The notes under the pieces: generated by a model
Seen by the model: only the letters and a program-made list of their open reading frames with translations
Database searches by the model: none
What the model was told of the DNA's origin: nothing
Program-made: the position numbers and the translations under genes
Shown: positions 1-8,162 of the stretch, in pieces
How the letters are laid out: each line of letters begins with the position of its first letter
Numbering within the stretch: position 1 is the stretch's first letter
From: Methylorubrum extorquens
GTDB taxonomy: Bacteria > Pseudomonadota > Alphaproteobacteria > Rhizobiales > Beijerinckiaceae
NCBI GenBank assembly: GCA_900234795.1
Contig: LT962688.1
Coordinates: 4,890,001 to 4,922,000 of the forward strand
Direction: 5' to 3'
DNA: 32,000 nucleotides

Positions 1-256
1 CTTTCTAGTAAGGAGATATCGTCACGCGCGAACTCGCGCATCTCGCCCCGGACCTCTTGGTCGAAGACGGGGTAGCGGCCCGTCACCAGCGAGGTGTGGT
101 TGATCAAGTCGAGTTGGGCGAGCCACTCCCGCTTCTGCTGATCGCGATGCGCTTTGGCCTTCGCGGCGTTGCTGGCGTGCTGGCGCGGGCGGCCCGCTTT
201 GCCCTTGCGTGGCACCACGCCCATCCCGGGCAGCGGCTCGACCGCCGCGCCGGGAA
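1..256 (-). CDS. Partial ORF running off the left edge: frame-shifted C-terminal continuation of the helicase-like gene, or an overlapping downstream gene
   Basis: The minus-strand frame with codon first bases at 254, 251 ... 5 is open to position 1. It reads GAAVEPLPGMGVVPRKGKAGRPRQHASNAAKAKAHRDQQKREWLAQLDLINHTSLVTGRYPVFDQEVRGEMREFARDDISLLE. The composition is protein-like and third positions are mostly G/C. It is absent from the ORF track because its stop lies outside the window. No good SD precedes its only ATG (222..224). Confidence 0.4.
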
Positions 257-1048
257 CAGGTCGGCCAGCCACTCGGCCGTATCCCGATCCATCACCACGA
301 CCCGCTTGGGCGTCGCGTCCTCTGGGTTGCGGATCGAGCAGCGCATCACCGCCTGATAGACGGCAGTCTTGTAGCCACCCGTACGCAACTCCTCACCGCT
401 GATGCCGCGCGCCTCCATGAAGTGGAAGTGCGCGGGGGGCGGGTTGAGGGCGGAGACCACCACCACGTTGTGGTAGCCCTGGAACGAGTTCAGCCCGTGT
501 GGGGTGTTGGGCAGTCGGCCTGCGCCAACCTGAGCGAAGAAGTCGTCGCGCAGATCGGTGTTGCCCATCCAGATGAAGGGGTCCGTGCCGACGAGCGATC
601 CAACCGCCTGCCGGACGCGGTCGAGAACCGTGGCATCCTCGCCCTCAATCCGCTTGTCCCGGTAACGCTTCGACCACGCTTCCTCGGCCGCGTAGAAGAT
701 CGTGATGCGATCCCCATGCTCATGCTTCAGGTAGCGCAGGTCCTTGAGCAGCGTGCCCCCCACCGGCTTCAGGACGATGCCCTGAGCCATGAAGACCCGG
801 TAGAGCATCGTGTCCGTCATGCAGGCTGAGGCGACCAAGACCTGCTTGAACCCGGCGAAGATCGAGGGCTTGAGCAGCGAGTAGGTGCTCAGCACGCCTC
901 CCTCCTTCTCGCCTCGGATCATGCGCTCGTATCGAGCCTGATCGGCAGAGACCTCCCAATGATCCGAGGTGACCCGGTAGGCGAACGACCCGAGCACGTC
1001 GAACAGGGCATCGCCGTGCTTGTTGCGTGCGATCGTGGTGAGGCTCAT
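104..1048 (-). CDS. SF2 helicase-like protein, C-terminal half (motif III to VI-like); the last ~45 aa as written are probably off-frame
   Basis: Contains a SAT-like ASACMT, VVVSALNPPP and a motif VI-like YQAVMRCSIRNP. The ATG at 1046..1048 is preceded by AGGAGGA with a 6-nt spacer and overlaps the upstream stop (ATGA). The tail ARRSSRCPGWAWCHARAKRAARASTPATPRRPKRIAISRSGSGSPNST looks like off-frame text. Confidence 0.6.
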   Translation of the reverse strand: MSLTTIARNKHGDALFDVLGSFAYRVTSDHWEVSADQARYERMIRGEKEGGVLSTYSLLKPSIFAGFKQVLVASACMTDTMLYRVFMAQGIVLKPVGGTLLKDLRYLKHEHGDRITIFYAAEEAWSKRYRDKRIEGEDATVLDRVRQAVGSLVGTDPFIWMGNTDLRDDFFAQVGAGRLPNTPHGLNSFQGYHNVVVVSALNPPPAHFHFMEARGISGEELRTGGYKTAVYQAVMRCSIRNPEDATPKRVVVMDRDTAEWLADLFPARRSSRCPGWAWCHARAKRAARASTPATPRRPKRIAISRSGSGSPNST

Positions 1049-1542
1049 CGGGCGTCCTCCTGAGCCACGAGAGCATCCTCACGCGTGACGAGGCGGCCGT
1101 AGGCAGCACCACCCGGCACCAGTTCGAGGAAGGGGGTGATGAGGTGGTGCGTGTCGGGAAGGCACAACTCCTCGAAGCAATCGATCTGCGGCACCTCATC
1201 CATGATGAGGGTCCATTCGGCCTTCCGCTCGACGTAGGGGATCAGCAGGAAGGCGGCGTGGGTGATGAACAGCACCTCGCCACGGCCTGGAGCGGCCTTC
1301 TGGAAGTGGGCAACGATGTCCGCGATGACGGACTTCGAGATGCGGTTGCCCCCATGGATGGCCTGCACCGGGTAGGCCGGATTGAGGGGCTGGAGTTCGT
1401 CCGCGATGGTCTTGGTGATGAGGTGCTTTGTCGGTTGTACAAAGAGCACCTTCTGACCGGCGTCAGCGAGCCGATGAGCGTATCGAACGCACGCACGGGT
1501 TTTGCCCGCACCCGCTAGGGCGTTGAAAATGTGAATGATCAT
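1045..1542 (-). CDS. P-loop NTPase, SF2 helicase-like N-terminal half (Walker A, motif Ia, DExx)
   Basis: I take the start at the ATG at 1540..1542, giving MIIHIFNALAGAGKTRAC. Motifs present are ALAGAGKT (Walker A), VLFVQPTKHLI (Ia-like) and TLIMDEVP (DExx box). The listed 194-aa ORF has a 28-aa upstream extension that looks non-coding. The region just upstream is locally AT-rich. Confidence 0.65.
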   Translation of the reverse strand: MIIHIFNALAGAGKTRACVRYAHRLADAGQKVLFVQPTKHLITKTIADELQPLNPAYPVQAIHGGNRISKSVIADIVAHFQKAAPGRGEVLFITHAAFLLIPYVERKAEWTLIMDEVPQIDCFEELCLPDTHHLITPFLELVPGGAAYGRLVTREDALVAQEDAR

Positions 1543-2114
1543 GAAAATTGACTTCGGAAATGAGTGAGGTGACGGGCACCGCGCGGGTGGAACGGATCGC
1601 GGAGAAACGGCGCGCTGCTCAGGCGGCAATTGCCTGGGCAGGGTCTTCAGGGCGCTGCTGCTCGTGATCCCCCATTCGGGGCCAGGGCATTAACGTGCCC
1701 CGACAACAGGTATCCCCCAGCAGCCCTGTCCGGCGCAATAAAAAACGCGCTGGGCTGGGCCGGACTCGTACCCGCTTCCGGCCACTCGATAGGACTTGCC
1801 GCGGTCGCCCGGAGGCATCCTCAACCTGAAGCCGCCCTGCTTACCGTTGCCTCGCGCTGGTGACAGCCTGATGGCCCACGCAACCCCGCGACCGACCATC
1901 GCGTTCAGGTCAATCAGCAAACGCCACCTTGACCCCTATGACGGGGGATCATCGTTTTCAGTGCCTCGGACGTGTCGCGATCTCGCGAAATCGCTCCGCG
2001 CGTAGCACGGCGCGGCCCGGCGCCTCAACGCGTCGCCCTGCCGGGATGTGCATGGCTCCCCCGCGACGTCAGGCGACGGTTGACCCGCCGCAGCCGTGGG
2101 ACAACATCGACAGC

Positions 2115-2672
2115 ATGACCAGCGAGCCGACGCCCCGCGCCTTCATCCCCCTCGCGATCGCCGTGCTGACGGTGTCCGACACCCGTGTGCTCGCCGATGA
2201 CAAATCTGGTGACACCCTGGCTGCCCGGATCACGGGGGCCGGGCATCGGCTTGCCGCGCGGGACATCGTCCCGGACGAGATCGTGTCGATTCGCGAGAAG
2301 GTCGAGGCTTGGATTCACGATCCCCGCATCGATGTGATCCTGACCACCGGCGGCACCGGCTTCACCGGGCGCGATGTGACGCCGGAGGCGATCGAGCCGC
2401 TGTTCGAGAAGCGGATGGACGGCTTCTCGGCGGTGTTCCACCGCATCTCCTACGACAAGATCGGCACCTCGACGCTGCAGTCGCGGGCGACGGCCGGGGT
2501 AGCCGGGGCGACCTATATCTTCGTGCTGCCGGGCTCGCCCGGCGCCTGCAAGGACGCCTGGGACGGCATCCTCGCGAGCCAGCTCGACTATCGTCACCGC
2601 CCCTGCAACTTCGTCGAGATCATGCCACGCCTCGACGAGCACCTGCGCCGGGGCGCCGCCGCGGCGACTTGA
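2115..2672 (+). CDS. moaB: Molybdenum cofactor biosynthesis protein B (MoaB/Mog family)
   Basis: Starts MTSEPTPRAFIPLAIAVLTVSDTR and contains DVILTTGGTGFTGRDVTPEA and YIFVLPGSPGAC, all typical of the MoaB/MogA fold. The internal ATG at 2115 was chosen because the upstream part of the listed ORF is Arg/Pro-rich junk. Confidence 0.85.
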   Translation: MTSEPTPRAFIPLAIAVLTVSDTRVLADDKSGDTLAARITGAGHRLAARDIVPDEIVSIREKVEAWIHDPRIDVILTTGGTGFTGRDVTPEAIEPLFEKRMDGFSAVFHRISYDKIGTSTLQSRATAGVAGATYIFVLPGSPGACKDAWDGILASQLDYRHRPCNFVEIMPRLDEHLRRGAAAAT

Positions 2673-2918
2673 GCCGTCCAGCGCCGCCTCTGTCCGCGAC
2701 GTGACGCGGGCTTGCAACGCCCGTCGCGCCGGCGCGACACGTCCGCCACATCAGCTTCGTGGACCCACGCCGGCGTGATCCAAAAAGTCGCGGCGACACC
2801 GTCATTTGGCGGCACTTCGCGTCGCGGGTGGCGTTACGATCCGGGACGGCCGGGCTTCGAGCCATTGCATCGAGCCGGGGCGGGTATCCCCCGAAGACGG
2901 CGCCGCGCGGCGCCCTTC

Positions 2919-3302
2919 TTGTTCACGGAGTCGCTGTCCTTGCTCCCGCTTTCCGTTCGGCCCCTTCTCCTTGCGGCGCTGATGCTGAGCGCGCCGCTCG
3001 CGCCGGCCTCCGCCGCGCCGCGGGTCGATGCGCGGGCCAAGGCCTGGGTCGCCGGAATCGTCAACCGCATCGGGATGGCGGATCGCGCCGCGGCGCCGGG
3101 GCGGGGCGGGCAGGTCACGGTTCGGGTGCGGATCGAGGCCGATGGCGCGCTCGGCGGAATCGTGCTCGAAGAGGGCCCCGCAGCCCTCGGCGAGCGCGCT
3201 GCCCGCGCCGTGCAGGCGGCCGCCCCCTTTCCGCCGCCGCCCGCCGGGCTGTTGACCCTCGAAGGTTTCACCGAACTCAGCTTTCCCCTCACGCTGCGGT
3301 GA
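2919..3302 (+). CDS. Small secreted protein with a TonB C-terminal-like domain (start uncertain; TTG 2919 or TTG 2865)
   Basis: Has a hydrophobic signal-like segment, SLSLLPLSVRPLLLAALMLSAPLAPASA. This is followed by GGQVTVRVRIEADGALGGIVLEEGPAALGERAARAVQAAAPFPPPP, which resembles the TonB_C fold pattern. There is no clear SD. Confidence 0.45.
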   Translation: MFTESLSLLPLSVRPLLLAALMLSAPLAPASAAPRVDARAKAWVAGIVNRIGMADRAAAPGRGGQVTVRVRIEADGALGGIVLEEGPAALGERAARAVQAAAPFPPPPAGLLTLEGFTELSFPLTLR

Positions 3303-3386
3303 CGGCGCCAATCGCCATCGTGTCATCGAATCGTCGCGGATGGGCCGGAAAGGCTGAGTTTCCGTTCGTCAGAAGAGTCGCGCTCC

Positions 3387-5732
3387 ATGGATTTTCACCG
3401 CCGCTTCACCGTGCTGATGTGCACGCCCGCCTTCGATCCGGATGATCTGGAGGGCGCGCGCGTCGATCAGATCGTCGCGGCGGTGGAGAAGCGCGGCTTC
3501 GAAGTGGTGCGGGCGCGTCGCGTCGAGGATGCCTCGATCGCGGTGCAGACCGACTCCGCCGTCGGCTGCCTCGTGGTCGATTGGGGCAAGCGCGGACTCG
3601 AGGGCAAAGCGGCTGCGCTCATCGACATGATGCGCAAGCGCGGCCTGGAGATGCCGATCGTCATCATGGTCCGCCGCAAGCGGCTGGAGGACATCCCGGT
3701 CGAGCTGCTCGACTTCATCGACGGCTACATCTTCCTGGCGGAAGAAACGCCCGAATTCATCGCCCGCGGCCTCGTCTCCCGCGTGACGCAGTATGCCGAC
3801 ACGCTGAAGACGCCGTTCTTCGGCGCGCTCGTCGATTACGCCGAGGAGGGCAACCAGCTCTGGACCTGCCCCGGCCATAACGGCGGCATCTTCTACAACC
3901 GCTCGCCGATCGGCCGCATCTTCGTCGAGCATCTCGGCGAGGCGATCTTCCGCGACGACCTCGACAACTCGGTGCTCGATCTCGGCGACCTGCTGACCCA
4001 CGAGGGGCCCGCGCTCAAGGCGCAGAAGGAAGCGGCAAAGATCTTCGGGGCGGAAAAGACCTATTTCGTCCTCAACGGCACCTCGGCCTCGAACAAGGTC
4101 GTGCTGGGCTCGCTGGTGGCCGAGGACGATCTCGTCCTGTTCGACCGCAACAACCACAAGGCCGCCCATCACGGCGCGCTGCTGCTGGCCGGCGGCATCC
4201 CGATTTTCCTCGAGACCGACCGCAACGCCTACGGCCTGATCGGGCCGATCTACCACGAGGCGCTCGACGAAGGGCGCATCCGCGAGAAGATCCGCGACAA
4301 CCCGCTCGTGAAGGACAAGGAGGCGTGGCGCAAGGAGCGCCCGTTCCGCTGCGCCGTGATCGAGCAATGCACCTACGACGGCACGATCTACGACGCGCAG
4401 GCGATCGTCGAGCGCATCGGCCACCTGTGCGACTACATCCTGTTCGACGAGGCCTGGGCGGGCTTCATGAAGTTCCACCCGCTCTACCAGCGCCGCTTCG
4501 CCATGGGCCTGACCGGGCTCGACGAGACTTCGCCGGGCATCATCGCCACGCAATCGACCCACAAGCAGCTCGCCAGCTTCTCCCAAGCCTCGCAGATCCA
4601 CACCCGCGACGGGCATATCCGCGGCCAGACCCGGCGGGTCGAGCACAAGCGCCTGAATGAGAGCTTCCTCGTCCACGCCTCGACTTCGCCGTTCTACCCG
4701 ATCTTCGCCTCGCTCGATGTCGGCGCGCAGATGATGAAGGGCCGCTCCGGCGTCGTGCTGTGGGACGACACGATCCGCCTCGGCATCGAGTGGCGCAAGA
4801 AGGCCCGCGCCATCCGCAAGGAGTTCGAGGAGCGCGAGGCCGACCCGAAGCGGCGCTGGTTCTTCGACCCCTTCGTGCCCGACGTGGTGAAGGGGCCCGA
4901 GGGCACGGAAATCCCGTGGGAATCCGTGCCGACCGACGCCCTGGCCGCCGACGCCCGCTACTGGGAGCTGACGCCGGGCGCGGCGTGGCACGGCTTCACC
5001 CATGTCGCGCCGGGCTTCGCCATCACCGACCCCAACAAGCTCACCGTGCTCACCCCCGGCTTCGACCGGAAGACGGGGGCCTATGCCGAGCACGGCGTGC
5101 CGGCGCCGATCGTCGCGCAATACCTGCGCGAGAACCGGATCGTCCCGGAGAAGAACGACCTCAACTCGCTGCTCTTCCTGCTGACGCCGGGCGTCGAATC
5201 GTCGAAGGCCGGCACGCTCATCTCCGGCCTCGTCGCCTTCAAGCGGCTGCATGACGACAACGTGCCGCTCGAAGAGGCGATGCCGGAATTCGTGGCACGC
5301 CGGCCCAAGCGCTACCGCGGCGTGCGCCTGCGCGACCTCTGCGCCGACTACCACGCCTTCCATCGCGAGTCGGGCACCTCGGCGCTCCAGCGCAAGCAGT
5401 TCATGCCCGAGCACTTGCCGGAGATGGTGATGGCGCCCAAGGCCGCCGCGCAGATGCTGACCCGCAACCGGGTCGATTACGTGCCGATCGCGGAGGCCGA
5501 GGGGCGCATCGCCACGACCCTGATGCTGGTCTATCCGCCCGGCATCGGCACCGTGCTGCCCGGCGAGCGCCTCGACGAGCGGGCCAAGCCGATGCTCGAC
5601 TATTTCAAGATGTTCGAAGCGGCCGCCAACCTGTTCCCCGGCTTCGAGGCCGAGATCCAGGGCGTCTACCGCGAGAGCGACCCGGATGGGCGCATCCGCT
5701 TCCACACCTACGTCCTGCGCGAGGGCGCCTGA
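3387..5732 (+). CDS. PLP-dependent Orn/Lys/Arg decarboxylase, large fold-I (LdcC/SpeC/AdiA-like) with N-terminal wing domain
   Basis: 781 aa. The PLP-lysine motif is ATQSTHKQLASFSQASQIH. Also present are CPGHNGG and FVLNGTSASNK. The N-terminal roughly 120 aa are receiver-like, as in biodegradative decarboxylases. Confidence 0.9.
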   Translation: MDFHRRFTVLMCTPAFDPDDLEGARVDQIVAAVEKRGFEVVRARRVEDASIAVQTDSAVGCLVVDWGKRGLEGKAAALIDMMRKRGLEMPIVIMVRRKRLEDIPVELLDFIDGYIFLAEETPEFIARGLVSRVTQYADTLKTPFFGALVDYAEEGNQLWTCPGHNGGIFYNRSPIGRIFVEHLGEAIFRDDLDNSVLDLGDLLTHEGPALKAQKEAAKIFGAEKTYFVLNGTSASNKVVLGSLVAEDDLVLFDRNNHKAAHHGALLLAGGIPIFLETDRNAYGLIGPIYHEALDEGRIREKIRDNPLVKDKEAWRKERPFRCAVIEQCTYDGTIYDAQAIVERIGHLCDYILFDEAWAGFMKFHPLYQRRFAMGLTGLDETSPGIIATQSTHKQLASFSQASQIHTRDGHIRGQTRRVEHKRLNESFLVHASTSPFYPIFASLDVGAQMMKGRSGVVLWDDTIRLGIEWRKKARAIRKEFEEREADPKRRWFFDPFVPDVVKGPEGTEIPWESVPTDALAADARYWELTPGAAWHGFTHVAPGFAITDPNKLTVLTPGFDRKTGAYAEHGVPAPIVAQYLRENRIVPEKNDLNSLLFLLTPGVESSKAGTLISGLVAFKRLHDDNVPLEEAMPEFVARRPKRYRGVRLRDLCADYHAFHRESGTSALQRKQFMPEHLPEMVMAPKAAAQMLTRNRVDYVPIAEAEGRIATTLMLVYPPGIGTVLPGERLDERAKPMLDYFKMFEAAANLFPGFEAEIQGVYRESDPDGRIRFHTYVLREGA

Positions 5733-6346
5733 TGGCGGAGGGCGCGGCGGTAATTCCCACTCACGCGGAGGTGGTGATCCGGCCCTCGTCGGATGCCGAC
5801 GTGTCGGCGATGATCGCGATCTACGAGCGTCACATCCGCAAAGGCGTCGGCGATACCGGCGACTTCGAGGAGGAGCGCCTGCTGCCCGACGAGTTGCGGC
5901 GGCGGCGCAAGACCATGCGCAGCAAGCGTCTGCCCCATCTCGTCGCCGAGCGGGGCGGGCAGATCGCCGGCTACGCCTACGCCGTGCCGTTCCGCAAGCG
6001 CCCGGCCTACCGCTACGCCCTCAAGCACTCGATCTACGTTCACCCGGACCACCTGCACGCGGGCATCGGGCGCCGGCTTCTGCCGGCGCTGATCGAGGCC
6101 TGCGCGGCGGGCGGCTACCGGCAGATGATCGGCTACATCGACGCGAGCAACGAGGCTTCCTTACGCCTGCACGAGGCCTGCGGGTTCGCCCGCGTCGGCT
6201 ACCTTCCGGCGATCGGCTACAAGTACGGGCGCTGGAGCGACAGCGTCATCGTGCAATGTCCGCTGGGGACCGGGGCGGACGACCAACCCTCCGCCTGGCA
6301 CCGTCCCGAGCGGACGCGCGCCTTCCGGTTGTCGTCGACGTCCTGA
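5732..6346 (+). CDS. GNAT N-acetyltransferase, phosphinothricin/methionine-sulfoximine acetyltransferase (PAT)-like
   Basis: Contains LVAERGGQIAGYAYAVPFRKRPAYRYALKHSIYVHPDHLHAGIGRRLL, NEASLRLHEACGF and GYKYGRWSDS, which match the PAT-family pattern. The start overlaps the decarboxylase stop by 1 nt (TGATG). Confidence 0.85.
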   Translation: MAEGAAVIPTHAEVVIRPSSDADVSAMIAIYERHIRKGVGDTGDFEEERLLPDELRRRRKTMRSKRLPHLVAERGGQIAGYAYAVPFRKRPAYRYALKHSIYVHPDHLHAGIGRRLLPALIEACAAGGYRQMIGYIDASNEASLRLHEACGFARVGYLPAIGYKYGRWSDSVIVQCPLGTGADDQPSAWHRPERTRAFRLSSTS

Positions 6347-6385
6347 CTTTGTGGCCGGGTCGGCTCGGTGAAATCGGTGACGAGG

Positions 6386-6416
6386 GCCGGCCTGCCCAAA
6401 CAGCGCCGGCTTTTTT
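6386..6416 (+). terminator. Rho-independent terminator after the decarboxylase-GNAT operon
   Basis: GCCGGC (6386..6391) and GCCGGC (6405..6410) form a stem around a 13-nt loop. TTTTTT follows directly at 6411..6416. Confidence 0.55.
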
Positions 6417-6535
6417 GCGTGAAGCCAACGCGCAACTTTCCGTCCGATGCACTAGATCGGTTGCAGGACGCTTCTCCCTCCCAGGGCCGCCCGCGGTTTT
6501 CGCAGGGCGGCGCCGTGTTCGCTTCGAGCCGTTCC

Positions 6536-7219
6536 ATGACCCTTCTCGCACCCTCGATCCTTGCGGCCGACTTCTCCAGGCTCGGTGAGGAGACGCGGGC
6601 GATCGCGCAAGCCGGCGCCGACTGGATCCATCTCGACGTGATGGACGGGCATTTCGTGCCCAATATCAGCTTCGGCCCGGCGGTGGTGAAGGCGCTGCGG
6701 CCGTGGACCGACAAGGTCTTCGACGTCCACCTGATGATCGCGCCGGCCGACCCCTACCTCGCCGCCTTCGCTGAGGCCGGCGCGGATGCGATCACGGTCC
6801 ATGTCGAGGCGGGTCCGCACATCCACCGCTCGCTCCAGACGATCCGGGGTCTCGGCAAGCGCGCGGGCGTGGCGCTCAACCCCGGCACGCCGGCCTCCGC
6901 CATCGAGCCGCTGCTCGACATGGTCGATCTCGTGCTGGTGATGACGGTCAATCCCGGCTTCGGCGGCCAGAGCTTCATCCACTCGTCCCTGGAGACCGTT
7001 GCGCGCGTCAAGGCGATGACGGCGGGCCGCTCCATCGACATCTCGGTCGATGGCGGCATCACCCCGGAGACCGCCGGGCCCGCCGCGCAGGCCGGTGCCA
7101 ACATCCTCGTCGCCGGCTCAGCCGCCTTCAAGGGCGGACCGACCCAGTACGAGAAGAACGTCGCGGCGATCCGCGAGGCGGCCCAATCGGCCACCGGGCG
7201 GGACGGCGTGCGATGCTGA
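6536..7219 (+). CDS. rpe: Ribulose-phosphate 3-epimerase
   Basis: Contains [49 protein letters not shown] and ISVDGGI. The internal ATG at 6536 was chosen because the upstream part of the listed ORF is not protein-like. Confidence 0.9.
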   Translation: MTLLAPSILAADFSRLGEETRAIAQAGADWIHLDVMDGHFVPNISFGPAVVKALRPWTDKVFDVHLMIAPADPYLAAFAEAGADAITVHVEAGPHIHRSLQTIRGLGKRAGVALNPGTPASAIEPLLDMVDLVLVMTVNPGFGGQSFIHSSLETVARVKAMTAGRSIDISVDGGITPETAGPAAQAGANILVAGSAAFKGGPTQYEKNVAAIREAAQSATGRDGVRC

Positions 7220-7974
7220 AGGCGCTGATCTTCGACGTCGACGGGACGCTCGCCGAGACCGAAGACCTCCACCGCCAGGGCTTCAACCGGGCGTTTCGCG
7301 CCCTCGGCCTACCCTGGCACTGGTCGCCGGAATTCTACGCCGAACTGCTCAAGGTGATGGGCGGCAAGGAGCGGCTCGTCCACTACATCGAGCGTTACCA
7401 CCCCGAGGAGGCGCACGCGCTCAAGCGCCGGATGCCGGAGATCCACGATCTCAAGACGCGCCATTACGGCGCGTTGGCCGAGAGCGGCGGCCTCTCGCTC
7501 CGTCCCGGCGTGCGGCGTCTCGTGGAAGAGGCGCGCGCGGACAACGTGCGGCTGGCGGTGGCGACCACCACCAGCCGGCCGAACATCGACCTCCTGCTCC
7601 GGCTCAATTTCCCGGGCGACGCGCAGCCCTTCGACGTGATCGCCGCCGGCGACGAGGCGGCGCAGAAGAAGCCCGCCCCGGATATCTTCGCGCTTGCCGT
7701 CCACCGTCTCGGCATCGATCCCTCCGAGGCGATCGCTTTCGAGGATTCGGCGGCCGGCATCCGCTCGGCGCTCGCCGCCGGCCTGCCGGTGCTCGCCACC
7801 CGCAGCCGCTACACGCAGAGCCACCGGCTCGACGGCGCCTTCTCCGCCGTCTCCGATCTCGGCGAGCCGGACGCGCCGCATCAGCACCTTCAGGGCCATG
7901 CCTGGCCCGACGGCGTCGTCACCCTCGACGCCCTGCGCCGGTGGCATGCGGGGCACCTGCACGGCGCGGCCTGA
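7213..7974 (+). CDS. cbbY: HAD-superfamily phosphatase, CbbY-like
   Basis: Contains [36 protein letters not shown] and [13 protein letters not shown], which is the HAD DxDGT motif plus the CbbY-typical N-terminus. Overlaps the rpe stop by 7 nt. Confidence 0.8.
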   Translation: MLKALIFDVDGTLAETEDLHRQGFNRAFRALGLPWHWSPEFYAELLKVMGGKERLVHYIERYHPEEAHALKRRMPEIHDLKTRHYGALAESGGLSLRPGVRRLVEEARADNVRLAVATTTSRPNIDLLLRLNFPGDAQPFDVIAAGDEAAQKKPAPDIFALAVHRLGIDPSEAIAFEDSAAGIRSALAAGLPVLATRSRYTQSHRLDGAFSAVSDLGEPDAPHQHLQGHAWPDGVVTLDALRRWHAGHLHGAA

Positions 7975-8162
7975 TCGGCCGTTATCGCGCCCTCGTCACC
8001 GAACCACCGCTTCCCAATCCACCACGGCGCGGTCTATCAGGACGGCCGCCTTCCGCTCCGGGTCGCGGGTCCCGGAACGGCGCCGTACCGGCCGCCTCGC
8101 GCGCCGCGCGGGAGGCCGGGACCCTGCCGCTGCGACGTCACACCGCCGGACCGTGGAGCCTG

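Noticed and set aside
1740-1930. tRNA, two-piece tmRNA, SRP (4.5S) or 6S RNA in the helicase-moaB spacer
   Set aside because: Only a T-arm-like hairpin is present, with TAC instead of TTC and one stem mismatch. I could not fold a cloverleaf or find a CCA-terminated acceptor stem. There is no tag-peptide reading frame and no GGUCCGGAAGGAAGCAGC-type SRP motif. I kept it only as a possible att scar or sRNA terminator in the findings.
1950-2114. Moco riboswitch upstream of moaB
   Set aside because: GCCTCGGAC only loosely resembles the conserved GCCUCCGAG element. I could not identify the other conserved Moco-motif helices by eye, so this needs Infernal to settle.
3369-5705. 778-aa minus-strand ORF mirroring the decarboxylase. 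Similar long antisense ORFs include 2025..2717, 8037..9140, 9014..10120, 10362..11648, 11645..12637, 15614..16624, 18974..20899, 20385..21212, 23612..24250, 24324..25454, 27091..28677 and 30091..30711.
   Set aside because: These are classic GC-rich shadow ORFs. They are Arg/Ala/Gly/Pro/His-rich low-complexity translations with no recognisable motifs, and each lies exactly antisense or out of frame to a gene with strong family signatures.
7050-8162. 370-aa N-terminal extension of the 750-aa ORF that ends as OpgC
   Set aside because: It overlaps rpe/cbbY in another frame and is Arg/Pro/Ala junk. The OpgC family sequence starts at MREPNAIDFWRG (ATG 8163).
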